Source of the DNA: Balanoglossus misakiensis
Lineage: Eukaryota; Animalia; Hemichordata
Direction: 5' to 3'
Length of the DNA: 64,000 bases
Assembly (NCBI GenBank): GCA_040954595.2
Contig: CM082591.2
Location: forward strand, 5,983,009 to 6,047,008
Below the pieces are notes generated by a model, which did no database searches, was not told the DNA's origin, and saw only the letters and a program-made list of their open reading frames with translations. A program made the translations under genes and the position numbers. This document shows, in pieces, positions 1 through 11,400 of the stretch (positions are counted from its first letter, which is position 1; each line of letters starts with the position of its first letter).

Positions 1-682
1 CGTGAACCGGTGGCGTACAACTTCGTGCTGAACATCTGAGTATGTGACTAGTAAGGTGACCTCTGAAGTTTGAACGAGAACGTGGGGATACCTTAACATA
101 CAAGACGGCCGCGGTTTCTGGACGACGATAACCGCTGACGTTTCCGAAGAGACAAGCCCCCGGCGCGGCCGTGGATTGCATGAAATGTACATGGGCGCTA
201 ACTGGGTCGCGCGGGGTTTACATGTAATGATGACTGATGACGCAGAGTGTAACAGCCCTTCGTGTTTTTGTGCGATATAAACAGTCCACTCGCGACTGTG
301 AAACGGTGCAGACACTGCAGAGGCTGTCCATACCAGCGGGTCAAGTCGCGTATCTCTCCCAGAAACCCGGTCCCGAGGGCTTTGTCTGACGTCGCGCGCG
401 TCGGAACTACCAGGAGAAACGGACACGCTCACACACATTTCGTGTCGCGCGGCACCATGTTTATGGTATTGGTTGGCCTGATTTTATACTGCACTGCGCC
501 GAATAATCGCTTCCCGATGCCAGCAGTGCGCCACATCAACGATGTGAGTGAAGCCAGGAAATGAAGGTTATGAGTGCTTTTATTCGCGGCCCTAGGCCCA
601 GTGGAACCAACTCTTCACAGACTGCAATCATTGCAAAATATAGTCCCCGATTTCAACTTCAAGTATCCGTGACGACATAGCG

Positions 683-1996
683 ATGATAAAACTAAAGCGG
701 TTCGTTGCCTACGTATCTGTTTCGTGCGTTCTCTGCGTTTTGTTCATCGTGCCAATGTTTACATACGTGGCAATTTCTGGCGGCTCCCGTCACAGGGCCA
801 AACTTATCAACCGATTCAAACGTCCGATCATCAGCGAGAGTGACAACAATCTGGTCGGGGAGATGGGTGAAGTTGGAAGGCCAGCGCCTCTTCGGGATCG
901 GGACGAACCACGAGGGGAAACTCAATGGAAGAGAGAGGTAATCGCGGACAGGGATATTATTATTAACCCAGGGGGGACTCACTTCGGCACTGAAGTCGAT
1001 TTCGACAAACTCCGGATACGTGAAAACACGGTGGATGCCAACGACCTGGTCTTCACCTTGAACCACCCGGAGAAGTGCATGCGCGACGGACGGATCGAGA
1101 CCGTCGACTTACTCATTCTCGTCGCCTCGCGCGTCAGCGGCCACGAACAACGCACCCTGATCAGGAAGACGTGGGGAAACACCAACTTCTACGACGGCCG
1201 CCACGTGGTGGTGCTGTTCCTGGTTGGCAACCCGAAGTACACCCAGCACGAACACTTCCACCGCATCGTCTTGGAAGACGTCAGGTACAACGACATCGTC
1301 GCGGGCAACTTCGAGGACTCGTACAACCGGCTGACTTTGAAGACAATTCTCGGTCTGAAATGGGCCAAGAAGTATTGCCCCCTCGCGAAGTACGTCATGA
1401 AATGCGACGACGACGTGTTGCTGCAACCACACAACGTGATGAGGTACGTGCATCGCGGGAACATCCCCACAAGGGGCGCGTTCGTTGGCGCGTGCTCCAA
1501 TAATTCGCGCGCCGCGCCTAGTAATGTACACACGGGACTGGCGGGAGACTTTTGGCCGTACGCAACTTACCCGGCATATTGCTCGGGTACAGCCTACATG
1601 ATTTCCGGCGACCTGGTTCCCAGACTGTTCGATTGTGCCTTGGAGACCAGCGTCCACCGGTACGAGGACGTGTTCATGGGAATACTGGCGTACAAACTCG
1701 GAATACCGATGCTTCGTCACACCGCCTTCAGACCCTCTCTGATGCCCGAAGATCCCTGCCTCATCCGGGATATTGTGGTGTCACACCACTATTCCAACAT
1801 GGGCGACGCGGCAACCAGGATCACGACTGAAAAGTATGGCGCTCTGGTCTCCAAACTCTGGTGGGAACTCCAGTTGCTGAGGAAAGGCTACTCAGCTTGC
1901 TCCCGAAATGTTAGCGGGCTCGGCGACAAACCGGGACATGCAATTTACGATGAAGAGATAGTGGAAATTCAAAACCAAGTGACGTTTGAGTTGTGA
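683..1996 (+). CDS. Beta-1,3-galactosyltransferase-like glycosyltransferase (GT31/Galactosyl_T family), single coding exon, 437 aa, type II membrane protein
   Basis: Short basic N-terminus then a hydrophobic anchor (FVAYVSVSCVLCVLFIVPMFTYVAI). GT31 motifs in order: IRKTWG, VVVLFLVG, EDVRYNDIVAGNFEDSYNRLTLKT, KCDDD (DxD), YPAYCSGTAYMIS, EDVFMG. GC-rich against AT-rich flanks. The exact orthologue cannot be assigned by eye. Confidence 0.93.
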   Translation: MIKLKRFVAYVSVSCVLCVLFIVPMFTYVAISGGSRHRAKLINRFKRPIISESDNNLVGEMGEVGRPAPLRDRDEPRGETQWKREVIADRDIIINPGGTHFGTEVDFDKLRIRENTVDANDLVFTLNHPEKCMRDGRIETVDLLILVASRVSGHEQRTLIRKTWGNTNFYDGRHVVVLFLVGNPKYTQHEHFHRIVLEDVRYNDIVAGNFEDSYNRLTLKTILGLKWAKKYCPLAKYVMKCDDDVLLQPHNVMRYVHRGNIPTRGAFVGACSNNSRAAPSNVHTGLAGDFWPYATYPAYCSGTAYMISGDLVPRLFDCALETSVHRYEDVFMGILAYKLGIPMLRHTAFRPSLMPEDPCLIRDIVVSHHYSNMGDAATRITTEKYGALVSKLWWELQLLRKGYSACSRNVSGLGDKPGHAIYDEEIVEIQNQVTFEL

Positions 1997-2004
1997 AGGA
2001 ATAA

Positions 2005-2343
2005 AGGGACAAAGTCTCTCTCGCTTCCCCTTTTTCCATTAATTATGTTCGCTACAAGACACCGTTTATGTTATTCTACATGTGGATATGTAGTGAATCA
2101 ATGTTCGACGACATACAACTTCTATCCCGTTTGTAGGATATGCGAGTAAAATCTCGCCAAAAATGAATAAATGGTAGAGACCGATTATTCATTTTGGTGA
2201 GTTTTCACTCTCGTGTCTACAAGTGGGATGGAAGTTGCGTGTGGTCGAATGGTTGATTCACTATATATCCACATGTACACTAATATAAACGGTGTCTTGT
2301 ATCAAACACAATGGAAAAAGGGCAGTGAGAGAGACTTTGTTCA
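2005..2343. mobile_element. MITE family A (about 350 bp, near whole-length inverted repeat, Kolobok-like), just after the GT31 stop codon
   Basis: Begins AGGGACAAAGTCTCTCTC and ends GAGAGACTTTGT; same body as nine other copies in the window. Confidence 0.85.
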
Positions 2344-5225
2344 TTACTACAGTACTTACTTGAGAAACAAAAAACACTGTACAGCAGGATAATTCTTTTA
2401 TGTTAGGGATTCATTCCTTTTGCAATGCAGAGTTTGAAATGAATTTACCAATATGAGCAAATAGCACACTTTCGTAGCAACACACTTTGTGTTCAGATAT
2501 GTACATACAAAGGTCAGATGTTTATTGTAATACGGGGGAAAAAAACTTAAGGAACAATTGTGTTTTATACATAGGGCAGTTTGGTGTTTAAACTGTCATC
2601 CACAGATAGATGAAATTTCACAAGGTCACATAATGTACAATTTTGTCAAATATTTTTGGGAATGTGATATTCTTTGGCAAATTTATTTGGAAAATACCAG
2701 TATTTTTAAAGAGTGACAATCATCTTGTGCACATGTGCGAAACCAGAGATTCTGGTTACAGAAATTGTATACAGTCAATACCATGAGGCATTGTGCTGTT
2801 CTAACAACAGACAAGATGGCGGCAACCATAGTCTGTTTACGAGTTTGGGAAACGAAAGCAAATTGGGTGAAAAGGGACAAAACCAGAATCTACTTATACT
2901 CTACGCATGAAATATGGAAGGAAGTGAAGGCAGTTCACTATTTGAATGCATTGAATGCAAAATTTGCTGAATATTTGGATTGGACTTAGTGTTTGTACAC
3001 ACACACAAACACACATGCATACAAGACATGTACATTGTATACTATATGTCTTGTCTGCAAACTGTGTGTCCATAGACAATGATGTTTTTCATCAAATACA
3101 CGTACTTAAATGTCTCAGAATAGACTTTTGTGTATGGTGAAAGTTATTTTTCACCGGATATCACAGATGAAATAGAAAAAAGGTTGTAACAGATTATGAA
3201 TAATGGCAAGAATTTAAGTATATTTCAATTTCTAATCATGTAATTCATTTACAAACATGGCCTGGAAAACTGACTATTTTTTTTCTCACAGTAAAACCTG
3301 CATGCAACTAAATATTGATCTATGTGGGTTCCTTTTATTTTTTTTTTGTTCAAAAATGAATTCTAATTAAAGCCATGGCCTGAATATTTTGAACTTATAG
3401 GTATTTTTCACATGGTTGTTCTGCATGTCAACCATACTTTCGGGTTAAACTTAGTCCCAAATGCAGGATGTTCTACAAATGTATTTTAGTTGTTGGAATA
3501 AAAGTCTCAAACACATACACAGTTGACAGGAAGCTATGCTTTATTGATATAGTAAAATTTATACAAACTCACTGCCCCCACCTCCTGTGTCACAGAAGTG
3601 GTATGGATCTCACAATAAATGGACCATACCAATATATGTTGGGGTGAACAGCCAAAATAATCCTATAATTGCTTGTTTTGCAATGTAAAACACACAAAAA
3701 TAAAACTATGATTTCTTTGCAGTGGAAAAAATATATACACCTAGCAAAATTGACAAATAAAAACAAATTGTAAAAATGTTGCGGTCTAATACAATATAAT
3801 CAGAATGAATAATTCAGAAAATTAGACAATATACATGTACAATTTTTACAATCATTAGAAAAACTATATACTAGTATATAGGAACATAGCATTCTCAGGT
3901 TATAAGGTATACTTATCCTGAGGGAAAGAATACAAGATCAATAATTGGCTTTTAAAATTGGTTAATTTCTCTCTTTAGTAAATCCAGCTTCTCCATTGCA
4001 ACAGAAATTGGTTTGAACTCCCTTATGAAAGAGGATTATACAGAAAATGGTGTTTTAACCCTTTCAGGTCGACGTATACCATTGAAAACAGCGAGAGGTC
4101 CAAGTGAAATGCATTTATGGGACGGTTACAAATGGTACTCTGGGATTGGGATTGACCGTGCAAGATTTACTGTAAGGCGATGTTTAGACCTGCAGCATTG
4201 AATATATTATCACTTCATTAAATCAATTAATCACAGAAATTGACAGTAAAATCTTTCATAAGTTCATCTTATTTTAAAAGCTGGGCTTCAGCTATACGAT
4301 ATATATGAAATTCTTAACATTTGTTGAACTAATTCATCTCTTAATTAAAATTGATTCTACTTTGAAAATTTTACATCATTAACTGCTCATTGTAAATTTT
4401 TTTGGATAAAAACTAAACTTTTGACTTATAAAATTGCCGTTTCATTAAGTAGCTGTAGTAACAATAGAACTTGCTTGCTGGAGGAAACATTTTGGCAAAG
4501 AAGTCTATGAAAGTCGTTGCAAGTTCTGTTTAGATGTTCTGTAATTATTGGTGTAGTGCAAAAGTACGAAAAAATGGTGACTCAGGATTACTAGAGCATT
4601 ACTTTGTCCGGCAATTATGTGAAATTTACCCTGTTTCTAAACAGTGCCTTGGTGGGATAGATTTCCAGAATGTGTAATCATGACCTTTGACCTGACAAGA
4701 TGGCCGCCTCTTGGACGCGAACGTGCTTGCAATGGCCATGTCAACCATCTTTGCTGTTGTTAACTCAGATGTATTTTGAGGTAGCCATTTTGCCAGGTGC
4801 ATGATGGGTAACATTTTAGATCAGTTGACCAGTGCATAAAGGACGACGCAATTTACTGTAAAATTGAATAATTCTTGACAGGTATACAAATGGTGATGAC
4901 ACTTGCAACTATATTTCTCGGGGACTGACCATTCAATCATTCACCGTTTCAACTTTTCCATTCTGTTAACTGGAGACAAGTTCAAAACAAAACAAATCAA
5001 AAGACAACAGAATAGTTACTTACAATTGCTCATTTATCAAAAATTCTTTCTCACGAATCAAATATATACCTTCAATCAACAAGCTCTGTGAGCCCAAAGT
5101 GGTTTAAAATTCCTGATATAGACATTTGACTTTTGTGTTGTATTCATTGTGCAAGTACCGGCGATGCTAGTTTTATTTTTCTAAAACGACCAACTTGTAG
5201 TGTCGAGCAAACTAATGTGTCTTAA

Positions 5226-5310
5226 CCCTTTCACCCCCAGTTCCCTCTTTAGGGGTCCAAAATTACCATAGAAAACAATGGGTTTGGACTAAACCATGGT
5301 GGTGAAAGGG
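5226..5310. mobile_element. MITE family B (about 85 bp, piggyBac-like), representative copy in the DCDC1 3' UTR region
   Basis: TTAA|CCCTTTCACCCCCA...TGGTGGTGAAAGGG|TTAA. Other copies near 13410-13512, 24315-24400, 29200-29279, 31100-31185, 37121-37206, 38918-39002, 40819-40903, 44683-44767, 47169-47253, 47508-47592, 50408-50484, 51781-51866. Confidence 0.88.
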
Positions 5311-5404
5311 TTAACCCTCCATGTGGGAAAAATCCCCAAATAATCCAATAGTTTTCGGAAGTCTGATACGTCATTTCACATGACAGTTGGGTGGGGTTTG
5401 AACG

Positions 5405-8400
5405 TTAGAAATCAAATGATGGTTTGGGAGCTTGTGATGTTAGAATCGGTTCCCCTTCGATACCATTTGACTCGATCGCCAGACCTGGGGGACCAAACGC
5501 ATCCACCTAGAGATAGGGAGAACATAAACAGTAAGGGGGAGGAGGGGAGGGGGGAGGGGTACAAGAAACATAGGTCCAAGATGAGAATTATATTTCATGC
5601 TGGAATATCACATGCTAGTAACGGAAATAGTGTCTGTGACACCGTAGCTCACATAGTCATGCATAAGGAAATGGAAAGCAAAAAAATATGATAAATATAA
5701 AAAAATAAATGTTCGTGTTAAAAATATCAGAGAGGTTCAGGTTTTGGTATATCAAAGGAACAACCACTAAACTCATGCAAAAAGGGTTTCTGATAAAAAA
5801 AAGAGAAAGGGTAAATGGAATTGAGTTGTCAGTATATGCAGCAATAAAAATATATATTTTTATCCGTTCATGTATATATAGATCCTACAGATGTTTTCAG
5901 AAAGTAAGTTCTGTGTGATACAGAGCAACATAAATAGTAATATTAATGTCGCATGTATATTGTAATTTATCAGTGTGTATCTTGACAAGTATGGTATTCT
6001 GTTCTATTCAACATATCACAGATTGTTTACAGCAGAAGTTCTGGTGTTTATCAGAAAAAAATAAGACATTGGTTATATCATCCATTTTAGGTACAAATTC
6101 TCTCTCTCGCTGCCCCCTTTCCATTAATTATGTTTGATACAAGACACTGTTTATGTTGATGTACATGTGGATATGCAGTGAATCAATGTACAACCACACA
6201 CATCTTCCATCTAGCTTGTAGACGCGAGAGTGAAAAAAGTCGCCAAAATGAATAATCAGTCTCTACCGTTTATTCATTATGGGCGAATTTTTACTCTCAT
6301 ATCATACAAGCGGGATGGATATTGCGTGTGATGGAACGTTGATTCACTATATATCCACATGTAGAATAACGTAAACGGTGTCTTGTATCAAACATAATTA
6401 ATGGACAAAGGGCAGCACTTTATTGAAATGAAGCCCTGTACCATCTAGTAGCAAGCCTTTTATATTCATCATAACCATCTCTTACCTCAACTGCTGAGCT
6501 TTTGTTCGCAGTGACGGTGATATCAGTGGCTTGTTTGCCTTCCTTCTTTCTGATCCGTCCCCACTGTGCTTTCCTCTCAATCTCTTGTTTGTGATCTGTT
6601 TGCAAAGTGAACATGAGAATTTCTATAATATCATTCTCAAATGACAATCTGAAGATCTCAACCAGTAAGTAGAGTGGGAAAATTTTCGCGACAGGAAATG
6701 TTTCATGACGTGGAAAAGAGGCAACTCTCATGCGACAATTAATTTTTTCCTTCTCGTATTTCACTGCATCATTAACTCTGAAAAACATTTTATGCGACTT
6801 GTTATTTTCCTGTTTTTTTTTTTTTTGGCACTAGCGTAATTTGTGAAAAGTTAACATTCACGAAAGTTTCCCATTTTACAGTACTCAATTTATTTTCCTA
6901 TAATTATGTCATTAACTAACTCCATTCAATCTAAACATCTTCCTGGGAAAATTTCATAACTGCATGAACAGATATTACCACAAGACTCCATTTATATGTC
7001 TAGAATCTCTGTACTGCTATTAAAATGAATGTCTTTACAACAAATTCCAAATATTGTGATGTATTAACCCCCTGAATGAGTGTAAACAGTTCCTGGCTAA
7101 CAACTGAAAACAATGGGGTTATAAACCAACGAATATGCCATTATGTGGGTGGGGGGGGGGGGGGAGGGGTGCCTATGATACAAGAGAAGATGCAAAACCG
7201 ATAGAGCCATACCCTTATTATCTTTGAACGGTTCTCCAGAAGACACCACCAGGAGCTGATCCTTCTCAATCTCGTCAAAGTCCTCAATAAGCTGCCCGTC
7301 TGTGGAATAGATCTTCTTGGCCGGGACCCGCAGGTTCAGCCTGGAGGTGGCGCTCTCCAACAGTTGTTCTATGCTTTCGCCCCATGCGTATAGCGCCCTC
7401 TGGGGATTCTCTCCATTCTGGAAGATGTAGACTCGTTTCTAGGATAGGAGAAGAAAATGGGCAAAGCTGAGTTATCATAGGAAAGATCTATTCACCATTT
7501 GCATTTATTGTGCTAAAACTATCTACTGTAAAACACTTTATTTTCGCGAGTTAAATTTTTCGCGATTTCGAGAGAGGCCACTGTTTCGTGAGTATTAGGT
7601 TTTGCGTTCTCTTATTTCATTCACAGCATCGTTATCTTCAAAAACAATTTACGTGACTTTTTATTTTCACGCTATTTTGGCTCTCACGTATTTGGCGAAA
7701 ATTAATTGCTCGCAAAAATAAAGTGTTTTACAGTATCTATTATATACCAACTACATGAGTACGATACTTTACATTTAACAAAACTTTCTGCATTACCATT
7801 TGTGATTGCTTGTAAAGTCTACTGGACACATCAAGATTGCTGGCTTTGGTGAGATTGGGATCATCTTTGCGTTGATTTTCTTTCACTTCTTGCAGGTGAT
7901 TCTGTAAAATAATAAATAACACTACAGTTAGACGACTATACCTAATTTTCCATAGGTGACCATATACCTTTAATACAACTGCATGCTATATTTTTAGCTT
8001 GTTCAAAGTTTCCATGATCATGTAAAATAAAATTCACTTAGTAATGGCTGACGACTGGTGATTTTATGACCTTTGACCTCACCTCCAACATCTCCACCTG
8101 AGCTACTTTCTGCAGTTCTTGGTATGAAGGATGTGTCCATCCACCTTCCACTGACACTGGGTTTTCTGTGTCCATGGTGGGAATCAATTCTGCATGGTCC
8201 ATTCCGTGTGTTCGACGACCTACAGTTCACACAGAAATTTTCAAATATTATCAATTTTTTTTCAAAAAGTACCAAACTCGTAATGTGCATATGAGTGTTA
8301 GAAAATTTACAATGACCACAATTGCAGAAGTTGCAATTTCTGATGAATGTTGGTGATCAATATAATGATCAGAAAATTCTTCATTTTTCAGTTTATTACT

Positions 8401-11400
8401 CCTATACAAACACAGTATTAAAAAGCCTATCAGTAACTAAAAAAAGAGAACAAATCAACGTTATTGCTGAGCCACAGGTGAAAAAAAAAACAACATGTTG
8501 CCATGCAAAACTTTAAAAAACATCTGAAGTTTCACACTTTTGAGCCAACAACTGTTTGGACAGTATTTAGTAACTAACACCAAATATTGATCAGCCACTA
8601 AACCTGAATAAGGAAATCCAAAGATGATTAACATTACCTTGCATTTGTCGAAGCACATGCTTTTCCTTGTCCAGTTCCACACTAACACCAGCTCTCTCTT
8701 CCCGGTTCTGGGAACTCACAGCTCGCAGCTTATCAACAGCTGATGGAAAATAAAACGGGAATATCAGCTATCATTTCTGTTGAAATTATCTTTGTTTGAA
8801 TCAGCAATAGCAGTGACTATATTTTCGCGAATTATATAATACTGTACAGAATGTTAATTTGAAATTGTTTATGTTTTACATCGAGGATGCTCTTTCCGGT
8901 TTAATTTGATCAAAATTTGAAGTAATCTTCCATATGGTCAACTGAGATCCCCCTGCACTTCGAGCAAACACACTGGCGCCCAATGATATATTTCCAAAAG
9001 TACTACGGTACTTGTAAATCTTATTTCTTATAGTGCAATTATTTATCTCTCGCAGTATACAACTAACGTTCAATTATTGTACTTGTATAAAAACATACAT
9101 CCATCCATCCATCCATACCTACATACATACATTATACATACATACATACATACATACATACATACATACATACATAATACATACCGGTACATACATACAT
9201 AAATACATACATACATACATACATACATACATACATACATACATACATACATACATACATACATACATACATACATACATACATACATACGCAACTGATC
9301 CCATTAGGTCCCACTGGTATATACAGTATATATATATATATCTATACCAAAATGGGACCAAAAAATGAGTACATTCTACAAATAACAGGTAATAAACCCT
9401 GTCCGTCTTCCTTACTTTGTGGTTTGACGAACGGTTCACCACACGACACCCAGACTTCCACCGGCGATTTCAAAATGGCGTCCAGCGTGATTTCTTTCTT
9501 GACGTCAGAGGCGCTGCCGTAGCTGCCTCGACGCTGCAGACTGCTGCCACTCTTGCCCGACGACGGCCGGGCCGACTTCTGCGTTTTATCCGGTCTGTCG
9601 GCTGCGAAAGAATCAAAGCAGGTGAGTACACAGTCGGCAGACGCCACAGACGGGACTTTCCAATGTACCCTTCTCATAAGTCCAGCGCCCTGACACAGCC
9701 ATCTTGAATCTGAACTCAAAGCGAGGCCAATGGGGAAATTTAACCAATCACATCGAGGGGATTTCCCCATTAGCCTCGGTTTGAGTCCAAATTCAAGATG
9801 GCTGTGTGAGGCCGGGCGCTAGGTAGGTATAGACTTACTTCCTGAAGCTTTTACTGTGTAACATCTAAACAATGATGTTTTCGTATTCGTTTTTTTTTTC
9901 TGTTTCACATAAAAGGGGGTTTATACCAGTACAAAATAACATCTTTTACTATTTTGGCTGTATAAACGGGTGTGACACCTTTTTCATAATGACGGTGCCC
10001 TTCCAAGATAACACGTATGGTCGCTATAGTTGGGAACATATGTTGTTCGACAGCCACATTTTGTTGTAAGGTAATTTTTACATGCAAAATGTATCATATA
10101 TACAACAAAGCAGACAAGCTCGAGCACTACTCCGTGGTTACTGGCTGTCGTACAGAGAGTGTAATCTAAGGTACATGAAAATTCAACACTGATAATGACT
10201 TAATCATCATATGCTAATACATTTTGCATAATGAATACCGATCTACATCACATCTTGCATTTAAATTTAGGCCTGAAAAAAAGAATTTATCCTGGGAAAG
10301 TTAGTCATCAAGTTACTGCAAAATATTTTAAAATAAGTGCGTCACCACTATAATCTTAACAAAATGTTTGACTTCAAATATGTTCAATTTTACTGATTTT
10401 GAGCATATGAGACTTGTGGATAGTCTTTTGCAGGTCTAGATACCAATGTCATATGCAGCAAAATCTGATTATGATTTTAACAGCATAGGCCCACAACGTA
10501 GATGATCAAAAAGGGTGAAATATGCAACGAACTCTTAAGAGATAAGCAAAGCACTAGATTTGAGAAGACAAGAACAATTTAGAACCATCTGGTTTCAAAT
10601 TATTAAGAGTACTTACCATTGTCACTTCTGAAGTGATAATTTTTGACATGAATATGATTTATTTTAGGACCACCCAAAATAAAAACACATAGAACATCTG
10701 CATTCATTCAATCCTAACACACTAACACCCCTGGCCTAATATATAAAATGCTACACAACAATGTATGGCTGTACATAATAACTGATATTTCCAGCACTAC
10801 AATGCATAGTGAGTGAGTGAATGAAAGATGAAATTCTTTTACAACTCAAAAAATGTTAGTTGAAAGATGATTTGCCAAGATTTAAGTTAACTTTAATTTA
10901 TGCTATCACTTAAAAATTACTTTTTATATAATGTATGTGATTATGAAAAGTTAATCTTGAAAAATAAAGTGAAAGGTGACAGTAGTGATGTGTCTGCAAA
11001 GTTGAGGAGCAGATGACATTAACCTTCATCAAAGATGGAGTAAACTGTTGCCTGCCTGAAACCATTTCTTTTTTGTGATATTAATTTAAATGAAATGTTT
11101 GAATGATATTTTCTTAGCCAACTTTAATTCGCTTAGATTATTTTGGTGAAAAACTTCTATACCCCAAGTAACCTTTGCGAAAAATCTGTCTTTGATGCTG
11201 AAACATAATTTATTGATTAACGAAGCTATATAAATTTTCAATACTTGAGACACCATCAATCAGTAAGTTGGGGGGACCTTTCTTACAAGTGTCAACAGCT
11301 CATTGGTTGACCTCATTACATAATTGGATATTTGCATACAGACCCTAGCTTACCCAGAATTAACCTATTATCTTCCATCACAGTGATTTGAAAAGAACAG

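Noticed and set aside
1-39. Possible C-terminus of an upstream gene (REPVAYNFVLNI*)
   Set aside because: Only 12 codons at the window edge; cannot be supported.
234-330. Hammerhead-like CTGATGA with a distant GGCTGTC
   Set aside because: GAAA is absent, stem I is out of register and the stem III loop is very long.
692-1830. Overlapping antisense and alternative-frame ORFs of up to 203 aa
   Set aside because: Shadow ORFs of the GC3-rich GT31 coding sequence.
9033-9442. ORFs with YIHT or VCMY repeats
   Set aside because: Translations of the (CATA)n microsatellite.
10611-10630. Possible 11-nt micro-exon; also a 3-nt candidate at 9839-9841
   Set aside because: Weak polypyrimidine tracts; the 11-nt version breaks frame; no other support.
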